Positions 46,776 through 56,900 of a DNA stretch of 64,000 nt are shown piece after piece. The notes beneath the pieces were generated by a model that worked only from the letters and a program-made list of their open reading frames with translations, was not told the origin of the DNA and did not search any database. The position numbers were made by a program, and so were the translations under genes. Location of the stretch: NCBI GenBank assembly GCA_963668265.1, contig OY764157.1, positions 2,568,528-2,632,527 of the forward strand, in the 5' to 3' direction. Each line of letters opens with the position of its first letter. Within the stretch, counting starts at the first letter, position 1. This DNA comes from Aggregatilineales bacterium. Lineage in GTDB: Bacteria > Chloroflexota > Anaerolineae > Aggregatilineales > Phototrophicaceae.

Positions 46776-49700
46776 CTAGCGAAAGCCGCCGACGAGCCGC
46801 ACTTTCTCTTCCAGCTGCTCCAAAGTCTCCAGCAGCCGCCTCTGCCAGCCGTCGTCCGCCGCCAGGATGCGCAATTCGGTGCGCGTGACCTCGACATCGT
46901 CGCCCAGGGTGATCGCCAGCAGTTCGCGCTTGACCGTGGCGAGGTAGGGCAGCTTCACGACGACGCGGTCGCGCGGCAGCTGCACATGGGTGGCGCGGGC
47001 AGCCAGAGCCAGGACTTTCACGCGAATCTGGTAGAGCAGGCCCCGCACGGCGGCCGGCAGCGGACCGAAACGGTCAATCAGTTCGTCGCGCATCGCGTCG
47101 ACCTCGTCGAGGCGCTTGATGTTGCCGATGCGTCGGTAAATCTGCAAACGCAGCGCCATTTCCGGGATCCAGTCGGTCGGCAGGTAAGCGGCCAGGGGCA
47201 GGTCGATGATGATGCGCTCGCGGGCGGAAGCCGGCGCCAAGCCATCGTCCCCGCCGGGCGCGCCGCCTTTCCGCTCGTTGACCGCCTGCTGCAGCAGCTC
47301 CGTATACAAGTGCAAGCCGACGCTGGCGATGTGCCCCGACTGTCGGGTGCTGAGGATGTCGCCGCTGCCGCGTATTTCCAGGTCGCGTATGGCAATTTGG
47401 AAGCCCGCGCCGAGCTGGGTGTTTTCCGCCAGGGTCTCGAGCCGGCTCCGCGATTCTTCGCTCAGGGCGCCGGGGCTGTGAAAGAAGTAGGCGTAGGCTT
47501 GCTGGGCGGAACGGCCGACGCGGCCCCGCAATTGATACAGCTGCGCCACGCCGAAGTAATCCGCCCGGTCGACGATGAGCGTGTTGACCCGCGGCATGTC
47601 GATGCCATTTTCGATGATGGCGGTGGAGATCAAGATGTCGTGTTCGCCGCGCGTGAACTCCGACATCACTTTTTCCAGCGCGCGCGGCGCCATCTGGCCA
47701 TGCGCGATGGCGAGCGACGCTTCTGGCGCGATCTGGGCGATGCGGTTGCGGATGATGTGAATCGACTTGACGCGGTTGTGCACGACGAAGACCTGACCGC
47801 CGCGTTCCAGCTCGCGCATGATGGCGTGGCGACAGAGCTTGTCGTCCCAGGCGCCAACCTGCGTGTTCACCGGCAGGCGCTCTTCCGGCGGCGACTGAAT
47901 CATGCTGATGTCGCGGATTCCGCTCAAACTGAGGTAGAGCGTGCGCGGGATGGGCGTCGCCGTCAGCGTGAGGATGTCGATGCGCGCCCGCAGCTTCTTG
48001 AAATGCTCCTTGTGCTTGACGCCGAAACGCTGCTCCTCGTCGATGATCATCAAGCCCAGGCGCTTGAACCGAATGTCGCCGGAGAGCAGCCGGTGCGTGC
48101 CGACGATGATATCCACCTCGCCGCTGGCCAAGCGCGCGTTGATCTGCTTCTGCTGCGCCTTGGTGCGGAAGCGCGAAAGCATCTCGATCTTGACCGGGAA
48201 GGCGGACAGCCTGGCGACAAAATTGTCAAAATGCTGCTGCGCCAGCACCGTCGTCGGCGCCAGCACCGCCACCTGCAAGCCATCTTGCGCCGCCACGAAA
48301 GCCGCCCGCAGCGCCACCTCGGTCTTGCCAAAGCCGACATCGCCGCAGATCAACCGGTCCATCGGCTTGGGGCTGCGCATATCGGCTTTGACTTCCTGGA
48401 TCACGCGCAGCTGGTCTTCGGTCTCGACGAAGGGGAACGCGGCTTCCATCTCGTGCTGCCAGGCGCTGTCCGGGCTGAAAGCGTAGCCGGCCGCCTGGGC
48501 GCGCTGGCTGTAGATCTGCAGCAGCTCCTTGGCTTCCGCCTCGGCATCGCGCCGCGCCTTGTCCCGGGCTTTGAGCCATTGGTCCGGCTTGCCCAGGCGA
48601 TTGAGCTTGGGCGGCGTCTCGCTGGCGCCGACATAACGCGAAAGCCGGTCGGCTTGGTGAATTGGCACATAGATGGTGTCTGCGCCATGATATTCGACCA
48701 GCAAGTATTCGCGCGGGCTGTTGCGCGTTTTGCGGTGGCTCATGCCGATGTATTTGCCGATGCCATAATCGACATGCACGACATGCGCGCCCGGCGCCCA
48801 GTCCGTGTAGCTGCTGTCGACTGGCTGCCCGCGACGAGCCCGCGAGGCCACAGCGCGACGCCGGGGCTCGGGCCGCGACCAGCCAAAGATCTCCGCGTCG
48901 GTGACGAAGCGCAGATCGCCCGAGTCGCTGGTCAGCGTCCAGCCCTCGGCGGCGGACCCGCGGACAAAACGCAGCGACGCGGGCGGCGGCTTCTCCGCGA
49001 TTGCGTCGACGGTCGGGATGAAGGCGGCGGCGTCTTGCTCGTACCACAAGTTCTCCAGCCGTTCCACTTGCTCGGTGAGCACGACCGCGCGTTCGCCCTG
49101 GCTGCGTCCCCGCCGCAACCGCGTGAGCATCGCGCGCAGTTGCCCGCCGAAGCGCTCGCCCGGCTCGAAGGGGCGGCTTGAACCCAGGCTGGACAAGGGC
49201 AGGCTAGCGCGCTTTTCCAGCTCGGCTTGCAGATCCGCCCAGCTCAAACAGGGCGCGGGATGGTCGGCGGCGATTTGACGCGCGGCGATGGAGTCGGCGC
49301 GGTTGCTGGCGGCGTCGGCGGCGATCTCTTCCGCCGTTTTCCGCAAGAAGTCGGGTTCCTCCACCAAGATCAGGCAGTTCGCCGGCGCGTAATCCAGCAG
49401 GCTGGCCGACGCTTCGTAAAAATACGGCAGATAATGCTCGAGGCAGGCGAAGGCGCTGCCTTGCTTTAACGCGTCGGCGTCCGCGCGGGGACCGCTGAGA
49501 TCAGCCTCGTCGTCGCCTATCGCGGCCAGCCAGGCCTGCGTTGCTTCGGCGGCTCGCTGCGCCAGGCCGGGCATAGCCTCTCTGGCCGGCACGACGCGGG
49601 CCTCGCCCACTCTGTCGACGCTGCGCTGGCTCTTGGGGTCGAAGCGCCGCAAGCTGTCGATCTCGTCATCGAAGAACTCGATTCGCAGCGGCAGTTGACT

Positions 49701-50282
49701 GGCCAGCGGGAAAATATCGAGGATGCCGCCACGTCGGCTGAAAGCGCCCGGTTCCATGACGATGGGCGCCGGCTCGTAGCCCATGCCAATCCAGCGCAGA
49801 ATCAACCTTTCCATCTGACGCCGCTGTCCCACGCGCAGCTCCAGGGTCGCATCGCGGAAGCGCTCGCTGGGCAGGGTGGCTTGCAGCAGCGCCCGCGCCG
49901 ACGCCACGACGATTGGATGCTTCTCCGCTCGCCCCGCGCTAAGGGCGGCCAGGGTCGCGATACGGTTCTGAATGACGCTGCTGTCCCAGGGGGCGCGGTC
50001 GTAGAAGAGGGCGGAGGGCTCCGCGAAGCGATACAGACGCCCCTCGTCCGGCAGCCAAATCGGCAGCTGCTCGCTGACATTGTAGGCGCGGCGGACATGC
50101 GAAGTCAGGTAGATAAGCGGACCGTCCCAGTCGCCAGCCAGGGCCGCCAGCAGAAACGGGCGCGCGGAACGCACGATGTTACCGGCTGGGCGGCTCTCGG
50201 GCCGAGCGAAATCGGCAAGCAGCTCTTGATAACTCGACGACTCGCGCAGGACATCGAGCAAACCCGACAGATTCAGCGCCAT
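46776..50282 (-). CDS. mfd: transcription-repair coupling factor
   Basis: CarD-like VVHVDYGIGKYIG. Helicase motifs LICGDVGFGKTEVA, IIDEEQRFGV, TATPIPRTL, LRGRVGRS. ATG 50282 (MALNLSG...) is preferred over TTG 50342. Confidence 0.93.
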   Translation of the reverse strand: MALNLSGLLDVLRESSSYQELLADFARPESRPAGNIVRSARPFLLAALAGDWDGPLIYLTSHVRRAYNVSEQLPIWLPDEGRLYRFAEPSALFYDRAPWDSSVIQNRIATLAALSAGRAEKHPIVVASARALLQATLPSERFRDATLELRVGQRRQMERLILRWIGMGYEPAPIVMEPGAFSRRGGILDIFPLASQLPLRIEFFDDEIDSLRRFDPKSQRSVDRVGEARVVPAREAMPGLAQRAAEATQAWLAAIGDDEADLSGPRADADALKQGSAFACLEHYLPYFYEASASLLDYAPANCLILVEEPDFLRKTAEEIAADAASNRADSIAARQIAADHPAPCLSWADLQAELEKRASLPLSSLGSSRPFEPGERFGGQLRAMLTRLRRGRSQGERAVVLTEQVERLENLWYEQDAAAFIPTVDAIAEKPPPASLRFVRGSAAEGWTLTSDSGDLRFVTDAEIFGWSRPEPRRRAVASRARRGQPVDSSYTDWAPGAHVVHVDYGIGKYIGMSHRKTRNSPREYLLVEYHGADTIYVPIHQADRLSRYVGASETPPKLNRLGKPDQWLKARDKARRDAEAEAKELLQIYSQRAQAAGYAFSPDSAWQHEMEAAFPFVETEDQLRVIQEVKADMRSPKPMDRLICGDVGFGKTEVALRAAFVAAQDGLQVAVLAPTTVLAQQHFDNFVARLSAFPVKIEMLSRFRTKAQQKQINARLASGEVDIIVGTHRLLSGDIRFKRLGLMIIDEEQRFGVKHKEHFKKLRARIDILTLTATPIPRTLYLSLSGIRDISMIQSPPEERLPVNTQVGAWDDKLCRHAIMRELERGGQVFVVHNRVKSIHIIRNRIAQIAPEASLAIAHGQMAPRALEKVMSEFTRGEHDILISTAIIENGIDMPRVNTLIVDRADYFGVAQLYQLRGRVGRSAQQAYAYFFHSPGALSEESRSRLETLAENTQLGAGFQIAIRDLEIRGSGDILSTRQSGHIASVGLHLYTELLQQAVNERKGGAPGGDDGLAPASARERIIIDLPLAAYLPTDWIPEMALRLQIYRRIGNIKRLDEVDAMRDELIDRFGPLPAAVRGLLYQIRVKVLALAARATHVQLPRDRVVVKLPYLATVKRELLAITLGDDVEVTRTELRILAADDGWQRRLLETLEQLEEKVRLVGGFR

Positions 50283-50357
50283 CGTGGACCTTGGCTGGAG
50301 GTTCTCCGGGACGCGCCAGTATACCAGAGCGCCCGTGCGCAAGCCAGGCGCGCGCCT

Positions 50358-51590
50358 CTAGTCGACCAGGGCCTGGTAGACGAGAGCGCGAAAATCGTGC
50401 TGGAAAGGCAGCATGTTGTCCATCAGCTGCGTCATGATAATGCCGACCAGCCGCTCGCTCCGATCGACCCAGAAGTTGGTCGCCGCCGCGCCGCTCCAGC
50501 CAAAATTGCCATCGGAGTTGAGGACGCCGGTCTGGGCTGCGTCGAGGACGACATCAAAACCGAGCCCAAAACCCCGTCCCGGCATCTTGCCCAGGCCGAT
50601 TCCCAAGGGCATGAGTTCGCTGCGGATGTGATTGCGGGTCATAAACTCCAGGGTCTTGCGCCCGATTATGCGCGCGCCCTCAGCCTCGCCGCCATTCAGC
50701 AGCATCCGGGCGAAACGCCAATAATCCGCCGTCGTCGACGTCAGGCCGCCGCCACCCGATGGCGCGCTGGCCGGCACGGTGTAATCGTGGGAAGGGATAT
50801 GCGGCGATCCAGCGAAAGCCTTGAAGGCGCCCGTCTGCGGGTCGTGCTGATAGAGCTTGGCGAAGCGCTCTGTCTTTTCGGGCGCAACATGAAAGGCGGT
50901 CTCGTTCATGCCAAGCGGAGCGAAAATCTTCTCTTGCAAATAGTCTTCAAAAGGCATGTCCGCCAGCACTTGGACCAGGTAGCCGCAGACGTCGGTGGCG
51001 ATGCTGTAATTCCAGGCGCTGCCCGGCTGCGAGCGCAAGGGAATCTCCGCCATGCCGGTGATTTTTTCTTCAAGCGAGGCGATGGGGCTGCGGAAGATGG
51101 AATTGCGATACATCTCGTCAATCGGCGTGTCGTAATAGAAGCCGTAACTCAAGCCCGCCGTGTGCGTCAGCAGATGATGGATGCTCATCGGCGGGTCTTG
51201 CGGGACGAGCCGCTGCCCCATATAGCCGAATCCATCCAGCACCTTGGTCGCGCCAAAGGCGGGGATATAGCGGCTCACTGGCTCGTAGAGCTGAAATTTG
51301 CCGCGCTCGAACAGCATCATCAGGGCGACGGAAGTGATCGGCTTGGTCATGCTGTAGATGCGGAAGATCGTGTCGCGCTCCATCGGCAGCCGCGCCTCGG
51401 CATCGCGGTATCCGCAAGCTTCGAAGTGCAGCGCATCCCCGTCCCGCGCCGTCAGCGTGACGAAGCCAGCCGCTTGCCCGGCGTCGACATAGTTTTGCAG
51501 ACGCGCGCTCACATTTTGCAGGCGCTCCGAGCACATTCCCCGGGTTTCTGGCGCGACCAGTTCCATTGTCAATGCTCCTGACTGCCTCAT
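50358..51590 (-). CDS. serine hydrolase, beta-lactamase/esterase (class C-like) family
   Basis: S-x-x-K nucleophile motif IYSMTKPITS. The ATG overlaps the pth stop (ATGA at 51587-51590). Confidence 0.85.
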   Translation of the reverse strand: MRQSGALTMELVAPETRGMCSERLQNVSARLQNYVDAGQAAGFVTLTARDGDALHFEACGYRDAEARLPMERDTIFRIYSMTKPITSVALMMLFERGKFQLYEPVSRYIPAFGATKVLDGFGYMGQRLVPQDPPMSIHHLLTHTAGLSYGFYYDTPIDEMYRNSIFRSPIASLEEKITGMAEIPLRSQPGSAWNYSIATDVCGYLVQVLADMPFEDYLQEKIFAPLGMNETAFHVAPEKTERFAKLYQHDPQTGAFKAFAGSPHIPSHDYTVPASAPSGGGGLTSTTADYWRFARMLLNGGEAEGARIIGRKTLEFMTRNHIRSELMPLGIGLGKMPGRGFGLGFDVVLDAAQTGVLNSDGNFGWSGAAATNFWVDRSERLVGIIMTQLMDNMLPFQHDFRALVYQALVD

Positions 51591-52633
51591 TCGGATTCGG
51601 TCTTGGCGACGCCGCCCGCCAGCAGAGCCGCTTTCAGGGCGCGGGCTTTGGGATGCTGCGGATTGATCGCCAGGGCCCGCTCCACTTCCGCCATGGCTGC
51701 GCCGATGTCATGCCGCCGCAGTTGCTCCGCCAGCAAGAGATAACGCGCCACCCCTTTTTTGGGGTTGCCCTGCGCCAAATGCCACTCGGCGATCGCGCGC
51801 TGCACATCGACCAGATCCGGCCGAATGCTGACGGCTTTTGAGCGCTGCGCCGTGGCCAGGTCGCCATCGCCCAAGCTGTCGTACAAGCGCGCCAACTCGA
51901 GATGGCTGGCCACTGCCTCGTCCATGCGGCCCAGTTTCTTCTGCACGGCGATGATCTTGGCGAGGGGCTTGGGATCGGCCGGCGCAAGCTGCCGCGCCCG
52001 CAGCGCGATCGCCAGCCGCGCTTCCAGATCCGGCGTCGGCGCCGCTTGTTTCTGTGTGACGGCGGCGCCATTGTAACGCGACATGGCGGCTTCAACGCCT
52101 TCGACGAGCCAGCTCTCGACCGCGTCGGCCGCTCGCTCGGTCAATTCGCGCGCGCGAATCGCGTCGTCGCCATGGAAGCGCCGCAGCACAAAATCGACCG
52201 GCTGTATCTTGCCCGGTGGCCGCCCAATGCCAAAGCGCAAGCGAGCGAAGCCGCCGCCGCCCAGATGCTGGATGATGCTGCGGATGCCGTTTTGGCCGCC
52301 GTGCCCGCCAGACTTGCGCAATCGCAGCGAGCCGAAGGGCGTGTCCAGGTCGTCATGGATCACCAGCAGGCGGTCCAAGGCGATGTCGTAATAGTCGACG
52401 AGCGCGCCAACGCTTTCGCCGCTGCGATTCATGTAGGTGAGCGGCTTCGCCAGTTTGACGCGCCGCCCGGCAATGGTCCCGTCCCAGGCGAGGGCGCGCT
52501 TTTCGCTGCGTCCGCCACCCGTTCCATGCCGCCGCGCCAGCTCGTCAATCACGCGCCAGCCAACATTGTGTCGCGTCCGCTCGTATTTTGCGCCGGGGTT
52601 GCCCAGCCCGACGATCAGGCTCATTGAGGGCAT
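51587..52633 (-). CDS. pth: peptidyl-tRNA hydrolase fused to a C-terminal TPR-like domain (348 aa)
   Basis: LIVGLGNPGAKYERTRHNVGW, VIHDDLD, GGHGGQNG, then about 155 extra residues with TPR-like helices. Confidence 0.88.
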   Translation of the reverse strand: MPSMSLIVGLGNPGAKYERTRHNVGWRVIDELARRHGTGGGRSEKRALAWDGTIAGRRVKLAKPLTYMNRSGESVGALVDYYDIALDRLLVIHDDLDTPFGSLRLRKSGGHGGQNGIRSIIQHLGGGGFARLRFGIGRPPGKIQPVDFVLRRFHGDDAIRARELTERAADAVESWLVEGVEAAMSRYNGAAVTQKQAAPTPDLEARLAIALRARQLAPADPKPLAKIIAVQKKLGRMDEAVASHLELARLYDSLGDGDLATAQRSKAVSIRPDLVDVQRAIAEWHLAQGNPKKGVARYLLLAEQLRRHDIGAAMAEVERALAINPQHPKARALKAALLAGGVAKTESE

Positions 52634-52704
52634 GACGGTTTCGCTTTGCGTTTGCGCCAGCCTATCGTAACAGAGCGCCCCCGATTGTCCAGCGCGGTCG
52701 CGGC

Positions 52705-53484
52705 TCAGACGGGGCTGTCATCGACATAGCGCGGATAGGTGGACTTGGCGGCGTCGGCCTGCGCCAGGTCCAGCTCCAGGGTGGCGAATGGCTGCCGCGT
52801 CGTTGTGGTGGCGAGGACGACTCCCTCCGGATCGCAAATCCAGCCCTGCCCGCCCAGGCGCGTCTCGCCCGCTTGCCCGGCGTGATTGGATGACAGGCAG
52901 AAGGCGCCCGAGACAACTGCCGCTGTCCGCCCGCCCGCCAGCCACTTGTCATTCGTGTGCCGCGGCGTGCTGCGTGGATTGAGAAGCAGCTGCGCGCCGG
53001 CCGCCGCGTAATCCCGCGCGTGTTGCAGAAACCATATCTCGGTGCAGATCATCAATCCAAGCGATAGCGCGCCCAGCCGAACCGGCGGAAAGTCGATCGG
53101 GCCGCGGTGATACCAGCTCGCCTCCCAATAACCGTCATCGTCCGGCAGGTAAGTTTTGCGATGAATCCAGCGGACGCCCGAGCTCGCCGTCCAGACGAAG
53201 GCGACATTGTAGCGCCGGTTTCTCACGGTCCGCGGCGCCGTCCCGACCACGATTTCCGCGCCCAGTTCCGGCAGACGCCGCAGCCAGGCGTCGTGCGCGG
53301 CCACAGCCGCTTCCCAGCGAGCCGCGTCGAATACCCGCGCTCCACAGAACCAGGGGCAGAAGCACATTTCCGGCAGCAGCACGAGCTGCGCGCCTTCCGC
53401 CGCGACATGAGGCCGCAAGTTTCGCCATTCCGCTTCGAGCCGATTCGCGTCCAGCTGGGTGACGGTCGCGCGGATGACTGTCAT
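52705..53484 (-). CDS. carbon-nitrogen hydrolase (nitrilase superfamily)
   Basis: E-K-C triad contexts LVLLPEMCF, HRKTYLP, LMICTEIWF. The ATG overlaps the ABC exporter stop (4 nt). Confidence 0.85.
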   Translation of the reverse strand: MTVIRATVTQLDANRLEAEWRNLRPHVAAEGAQLVLLPEMCFCPWFCGARVFDAARWEAAVAAHDAWLRRLPELGAEIVVGTAPRTVRNRRYNVAFVWTASSGVRWIHRKTYLPDDDGYWEASWYHRGPIDFPPVRLGALSLGLMICTEIWFLQHARDYAAAGAQLLLNPRSTPRHTNDKWLAGGRTAAVVSGAFCLSSNHAGQAGETRLGGQGWICDPEGVVLATTTTRQPFATLELDLAQADAAKSTYPRYVDDSPV

Positions 53485-55421
53485 GCTGGCTGGAGCTGCT
53501 GGCTGAATTGCGTCCGGTAGAGCCGGGCGTACAAGCCATCCAGCCGCAGCAAGTCGTCGTGGTCGCCCGCTTCGACGATCGCGCCGCGATCAAGCACGAG
53601 GATCTTGTCCGCGGCCAGGATCGTGCTCAATCGGTGGGCGATGACGATGCTGGCGCGGCCGCGCATGATCTGGCTCAGTGCCTCTTGGATCAGCGCTTCG
53701 GACTGGCTGTCGAGGTGGCTGGTCGCTTCGTCGAGAACGAGGATGCGCGGATCTTTCAAGATGACCCGGGCGATAGCGATTCGCTGTTTCTCGCCGCCGC
53801 TCAGACGATAGCCGCGCTCGCCCACAATCGAGTCGTAGCCGTCGCGCAAGCCCATGATGAAATCGTGAATGCGCGCCGCTTTCGCCGCCGCCTCGAGCTC
53901 CGCCTGGCTCGCCTCCGGCTTGGCGTACAGCAGGTTGGTGCGGATGCTGTCGTGAAACAGATAAGTCTCCTGGGTGACCATGCCGATGTTCTCCGCCAAT
54001 GCGCTCAGCTTCAATTCGCGCAGGTCATGACCGTCCAGGGTGATGCGCCCGGTCGACGGATCGTAGAGCCGCGGGATGAGATACGTCAGCGTGGTCTTGC
54101 CAGCGCCGCTGGGGCCGACCAGCGCCACCAACTCGCCCGATTCGAGGCGAAACGAGACCCGGTCCAAAGCCAGCTCCCGCGCTTGATGCGCTGGCTGCGC
54201 CGCCCGCCCCCCGTTGCCGGATCGTTCGACCGCGCCCGAACGCGTCGCCGCCACGCTGTCCATCCGGCCGACGCGCTCCACATCGCTGAGCAGCTGCCCC
54301 TTGTCGATTCCGTAGCGGAAGCTCACCGCGTCGAATACCAGCTCGCCGCGGACCTCGTCCAGTTGAATCGCGTCGGGGATCTCGGTGATTTCCAGCGGCA
54401 AGTCGATGATCTCGAAGACGCGCTCAAAGCTGACGATGGACTGGGCGAAATCGACTGGCGCGTTGGTCAGGGCTTGCAGCGGCGTGTACAGCTGGGTCAG
54501 GTAAATGCCAAAGGCGACGATTGCGCCGATGGTGAAAGCGTCGTTGATGACCAGGATGCCGCCCACCCAGTAAACCAGGGCGGCGCCAACCACGCTGACC
54601 AGGCTGATCATGACGAAGAACTGGCTGCCTAGCACGGCGCGCTTGACGCCGGTGTCGCGCACTTCGGCGGCGCGCTCCTCAAAATGCGCCACTTCCGCGT
54701 CGACGCGCCCGAAGAGCTTGACCAGCAACGCCCCGCTGATATTCAGAGTTTCATTCATCATCGCGTTCATGCGTGCGTTTTGCGTCATCTGCTCGCGGGC
54801 GATCGCCTGCAAGCGGATTCCCAGCCGCCGCGCGATCAAGATGAACAGCGGCAGAACCAGCACGCCCATGATCGTCAGCCGCCATTCCAGGTAGAGCATC
54901 ATCGCCAGGGTCGCCAGCACGGTGACCAGATTGGTGATGATGGCGACGATGGTGTTGCTGATGGCGTTCTGCGCGCCGACCACATCGTGGTTCAGCCGGC
55001 TCATCAGCTCGCCAGTCTTGGTATTGGTGAAAAAGCTCAGCGACATCAACTGCAGGTGACGGTAGAGCGCGACCCGCAAATCGTAGATCACGCCTTCGCC
55101 GATCGCCACATTCAGCTTGCGCTGGACGATGCGCACGCCGCCGCTGAAGAGCGGGATCAGCACCAGGCCCAAGGCCAGTACATTGAGCTTGGCCATGTCT
55201 TTCTCGGGCAATGCGACATCAATGATCTGGCGGAAGATGAGCGGGTTGAGCAAACCCAGGCCCGTCGTCAGAAAGATCGTGAGCAGCATGCCCGCGATTT
55301 GCGGTCGGTAAGGCCGGGCGTAGGCGAGCACGCGCAACAGCAGGCGCCGCGTCACATTTGGCTTCGCCTGGGCGTCGTAAGCGCGCATGTAGCGGAACCA
55401 GCCGCCGCCCTTCATCATCAT
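53481..55421 (-). CDS. ABC exporter, fused permease/ATPase (MsbA-like)
   Basis: Six N-terminal TM helices. GPSGAGKTT, LSGGEKQRIAIAR, ILVLDEATSHLD. Confidence 0.88.
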   Translation of the reverse strand: MMMKGGGWFRYMRAYDAQAKPNVTRRLLLRVLAYARPYRPQIAGMLLTIFLTTGLGLLNPLIFRQIIDVALPEKDMAKLNVLALGLVLIPLFSGGVRIVQRKLNVAIGEGVIYDLRVALYRHLQLMSLSFFTNTKTGELMSRLNHDVVGAQNAISNTIVAIITNLVTVLATLAMMLYLEWRLTIMGVLVLPLFILIARRLGIRLQAIAREQMTQNARMNAMMNETLNISGALLVKLFGRVDAEVAHFEERAAEVRDTGVKRAVLGSQFFVMISLVSVVGAALVYWVGGILVINDAFTIGAIVAFGIYLTQLYTPLQALTNAPVDFAQSIVSFERVFEIIDLPLEITEIPDAIQLDEVRGELVFDAVSFRYGIDKGQLLSDVERVGRMDSVAATRSGAVERSGNGGRAAQPAHQARELALDRVSFRLESGELVALVGPSGAGKTTLTYLIPRLYDPSTGRITLDGHDLRELKLSALAENIGMVTQETYLFHDSIRTNLLYAKPEASQAELEAAAKAARIHDFIMGLRDGYDSIVGERGYRLSGGEKQRIAIARVILKDPRILVLDEATSHLDSQSEALIQEALSQIMRGRASIVIAHRLSTILAADKILVLDRGAIVEAGDHDDLLRLDGLYARLYRTQFSQQLQPA

Positions 55422-55542
55422 GCGCCGCGCTTCCTGTCCATGCTCCGACTATAGCACAAGCCATGCCCAATGAGCCGCCTGCCCAAAATGGCGGGCGTCC
55501 CTGTCTCTATGGACGGGCGCAAGCTAAGGGAGAGGCGATGCT

Positions 55543-55935
55543 TCAGCGGTCCAGCGCCAGGCCGCGGAGGATCGCGCGGGCGTCGGCCATGGTGTCGGCG
55601 AAGAGGACTTCGCGCCCGGTGACGGCGCTGTTGAAAGTCTTGTGAATCGTCTGATAAATCGTCTTGATTGTGCCATTCGCCCCGACGACGACGCGCGCGC
55701 CTTCGTTGGGCCGGGCTTCGCCGGTCGCCAGCAGATTCTTGGCCACCGTCAATACATCGCGGGGGATCGACGCGCCTTCCAGGTCAATGAGCAAATCCAC
55801 GAAATGCTCGACCCCGCCAATGAGCCGATCGGCTTTGTGCACCGCTTCTTCCAAGTCTTGCCAGCTCCACTCGGACTCGAATTCGAGCAAGATAACGGTC
55901 TTCTTCTTGTTGTCCCAACGGGTGACGATTGCCAT
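55543..55935 (-). CDS. hypothetical protein (130 aa)
   Basis: Clean ORF with host-like codon bias. Alternating beta/alpha-looking sequence. No family recognised. Confidence 0.5.
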   Translation of the reverse strand: MAIVTRWDNKKKTVILLEFESEWSWQDLEEAVHKADRLIGGVEHFVDLLIDLEGASIPRDVLTVAKNLLATGEARPNEGARVVVGANGTIKTIYQTIHKTFNSAVTGREVLFADTMADARAILRGLALDR

Positions 55936-56045
55936 CGCGTCCGCCCCCTGTGATGCCCTGCGCCACGCAGTTTAGTACGCTGCATTGTGCCATAAGTTGC
56001 CGCGAATTGCAGTGGAGTCTTGGGCGATTGCCGGCCGCCAGCGCT

Positions 56046-56834
56046 TCATTCCGCCACGATCTGAAAGTCCACCGCCGGGCCAAGCGCGACGCCCTCAACT
56101 TCAATCGCCACGCTCCAGCCGTCAACGAGAAACGGACTGTCCGTCTGGTCGATGAAGAACCAGATGCAGCTGTCATGGATGCGGTACTCGGGCTGGAAGC
56201 TGAAGGCGGCCACTTCGACGCCAGCCCGCCGCCAAGTCGACGAGATTCGCGCCCCGGCCGGGATTTCGAAGGCCCGCGCCACCACATAGATCGCGGTCGA
56301 CGCGGGCGTGAAGCGGGGATTGCGGTCGATGGCGCAGTCGCTGGCGTCGACGCCGCTGGCCATCACGACCTCTTCCAGGCGCGCGCTCGTCTCTTGTCGC
56401 TCGGCGGCCCGGCCGCGGACGGGCGGAGTCACGATTACCGACGGGGCCTTTTCTGGCTGGGGGGCTTGCGGGTCGGCCTTGGCCGGCTGGGTGGCGCCGG
56501 GCCCCGGCGCGACGCCTGCAGCGGGAAGGCGGATCAACTCGAGCTCGCGGGCGATGAACGCGCTGTCCGTGCCCAGGTTGCTCAGGTTGTGGCGCAGGAA
56601 TTCATCGGCTGCTTTGGCGCCGGCGACGCGGTCTTCAGCATAATCCAGGGTCGTCTGGATTCGCGCCCGCTCGACGGTGGCCGTCGCGATGAGGCTCTCC
56701 AGCTCGGTTTGGGCTTGCTGGAAAGCGGCGGTGGCTGTCTGCAGGGGGGGCGTCGCGCCGCAAGCGACGAGCAGGCTGCCAGCCAGCGCCAGCGCCAAGA
56801 GGCTCCATATCGCGTTCGCCCCTTCAGTGCTCAT
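56046..56834 (-). CDS. putative lipoprotein
   Basis: ATG 56834 gives a signal peptide AIWSLLALALAGSLLVAC with a lipobox cysteine. The ORF-track TTG at 56864 would run into the ssrA terminator. Confidence 0.55.
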   Translation of the reverse strand: MSTEGANAIWSLLALALAGSLLVACGATPPLQTATAAFQQAQTELESLIATATVERARIQTTLDYAEDRVAGAKAADEFLRHNLSNLGTDSAFIARELELIRLPAAGVAPGPGATQPAKADPQAPQPEKAPSVIVTPPVRGRAAERQETSARLEEVVMASGVDASDCAIDRNPRFTPASTAIYVVARAFEIPAGARISSTWRRAGVEVAAFSFQPEYRIHDSCIWFFIDQTDSPFLVDGWSVAIEVEGVALGPAVDFQIVAE

Positions 56835-56862
56835 GAGGCCGGGATTATACCATTGGGAAAGC

Positions 56863-56889
56863 AAAACCGCCCTGCGCGGGGCAAGGCGG
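56863..56889 (-). terminator. intrinsic terminator downstream of ssrA
   Basis: Minus-strand stem CCGCCTTG/CAGGGCGG (8 bp including one G-U), loop CCCCGCG, then TTTTGCTTT. Confidence 0.5.
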
Positions 56890-56900
56890 CAATTGGGGAG

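Noticed and set aside
46986-51581. Plus-strand ORFs 46986-49181 (731 aa) and 49695-51581 (628 aa)
   Set aside because: They are antisense to mfd and the serine hydrolase, both of which have clear motifs.
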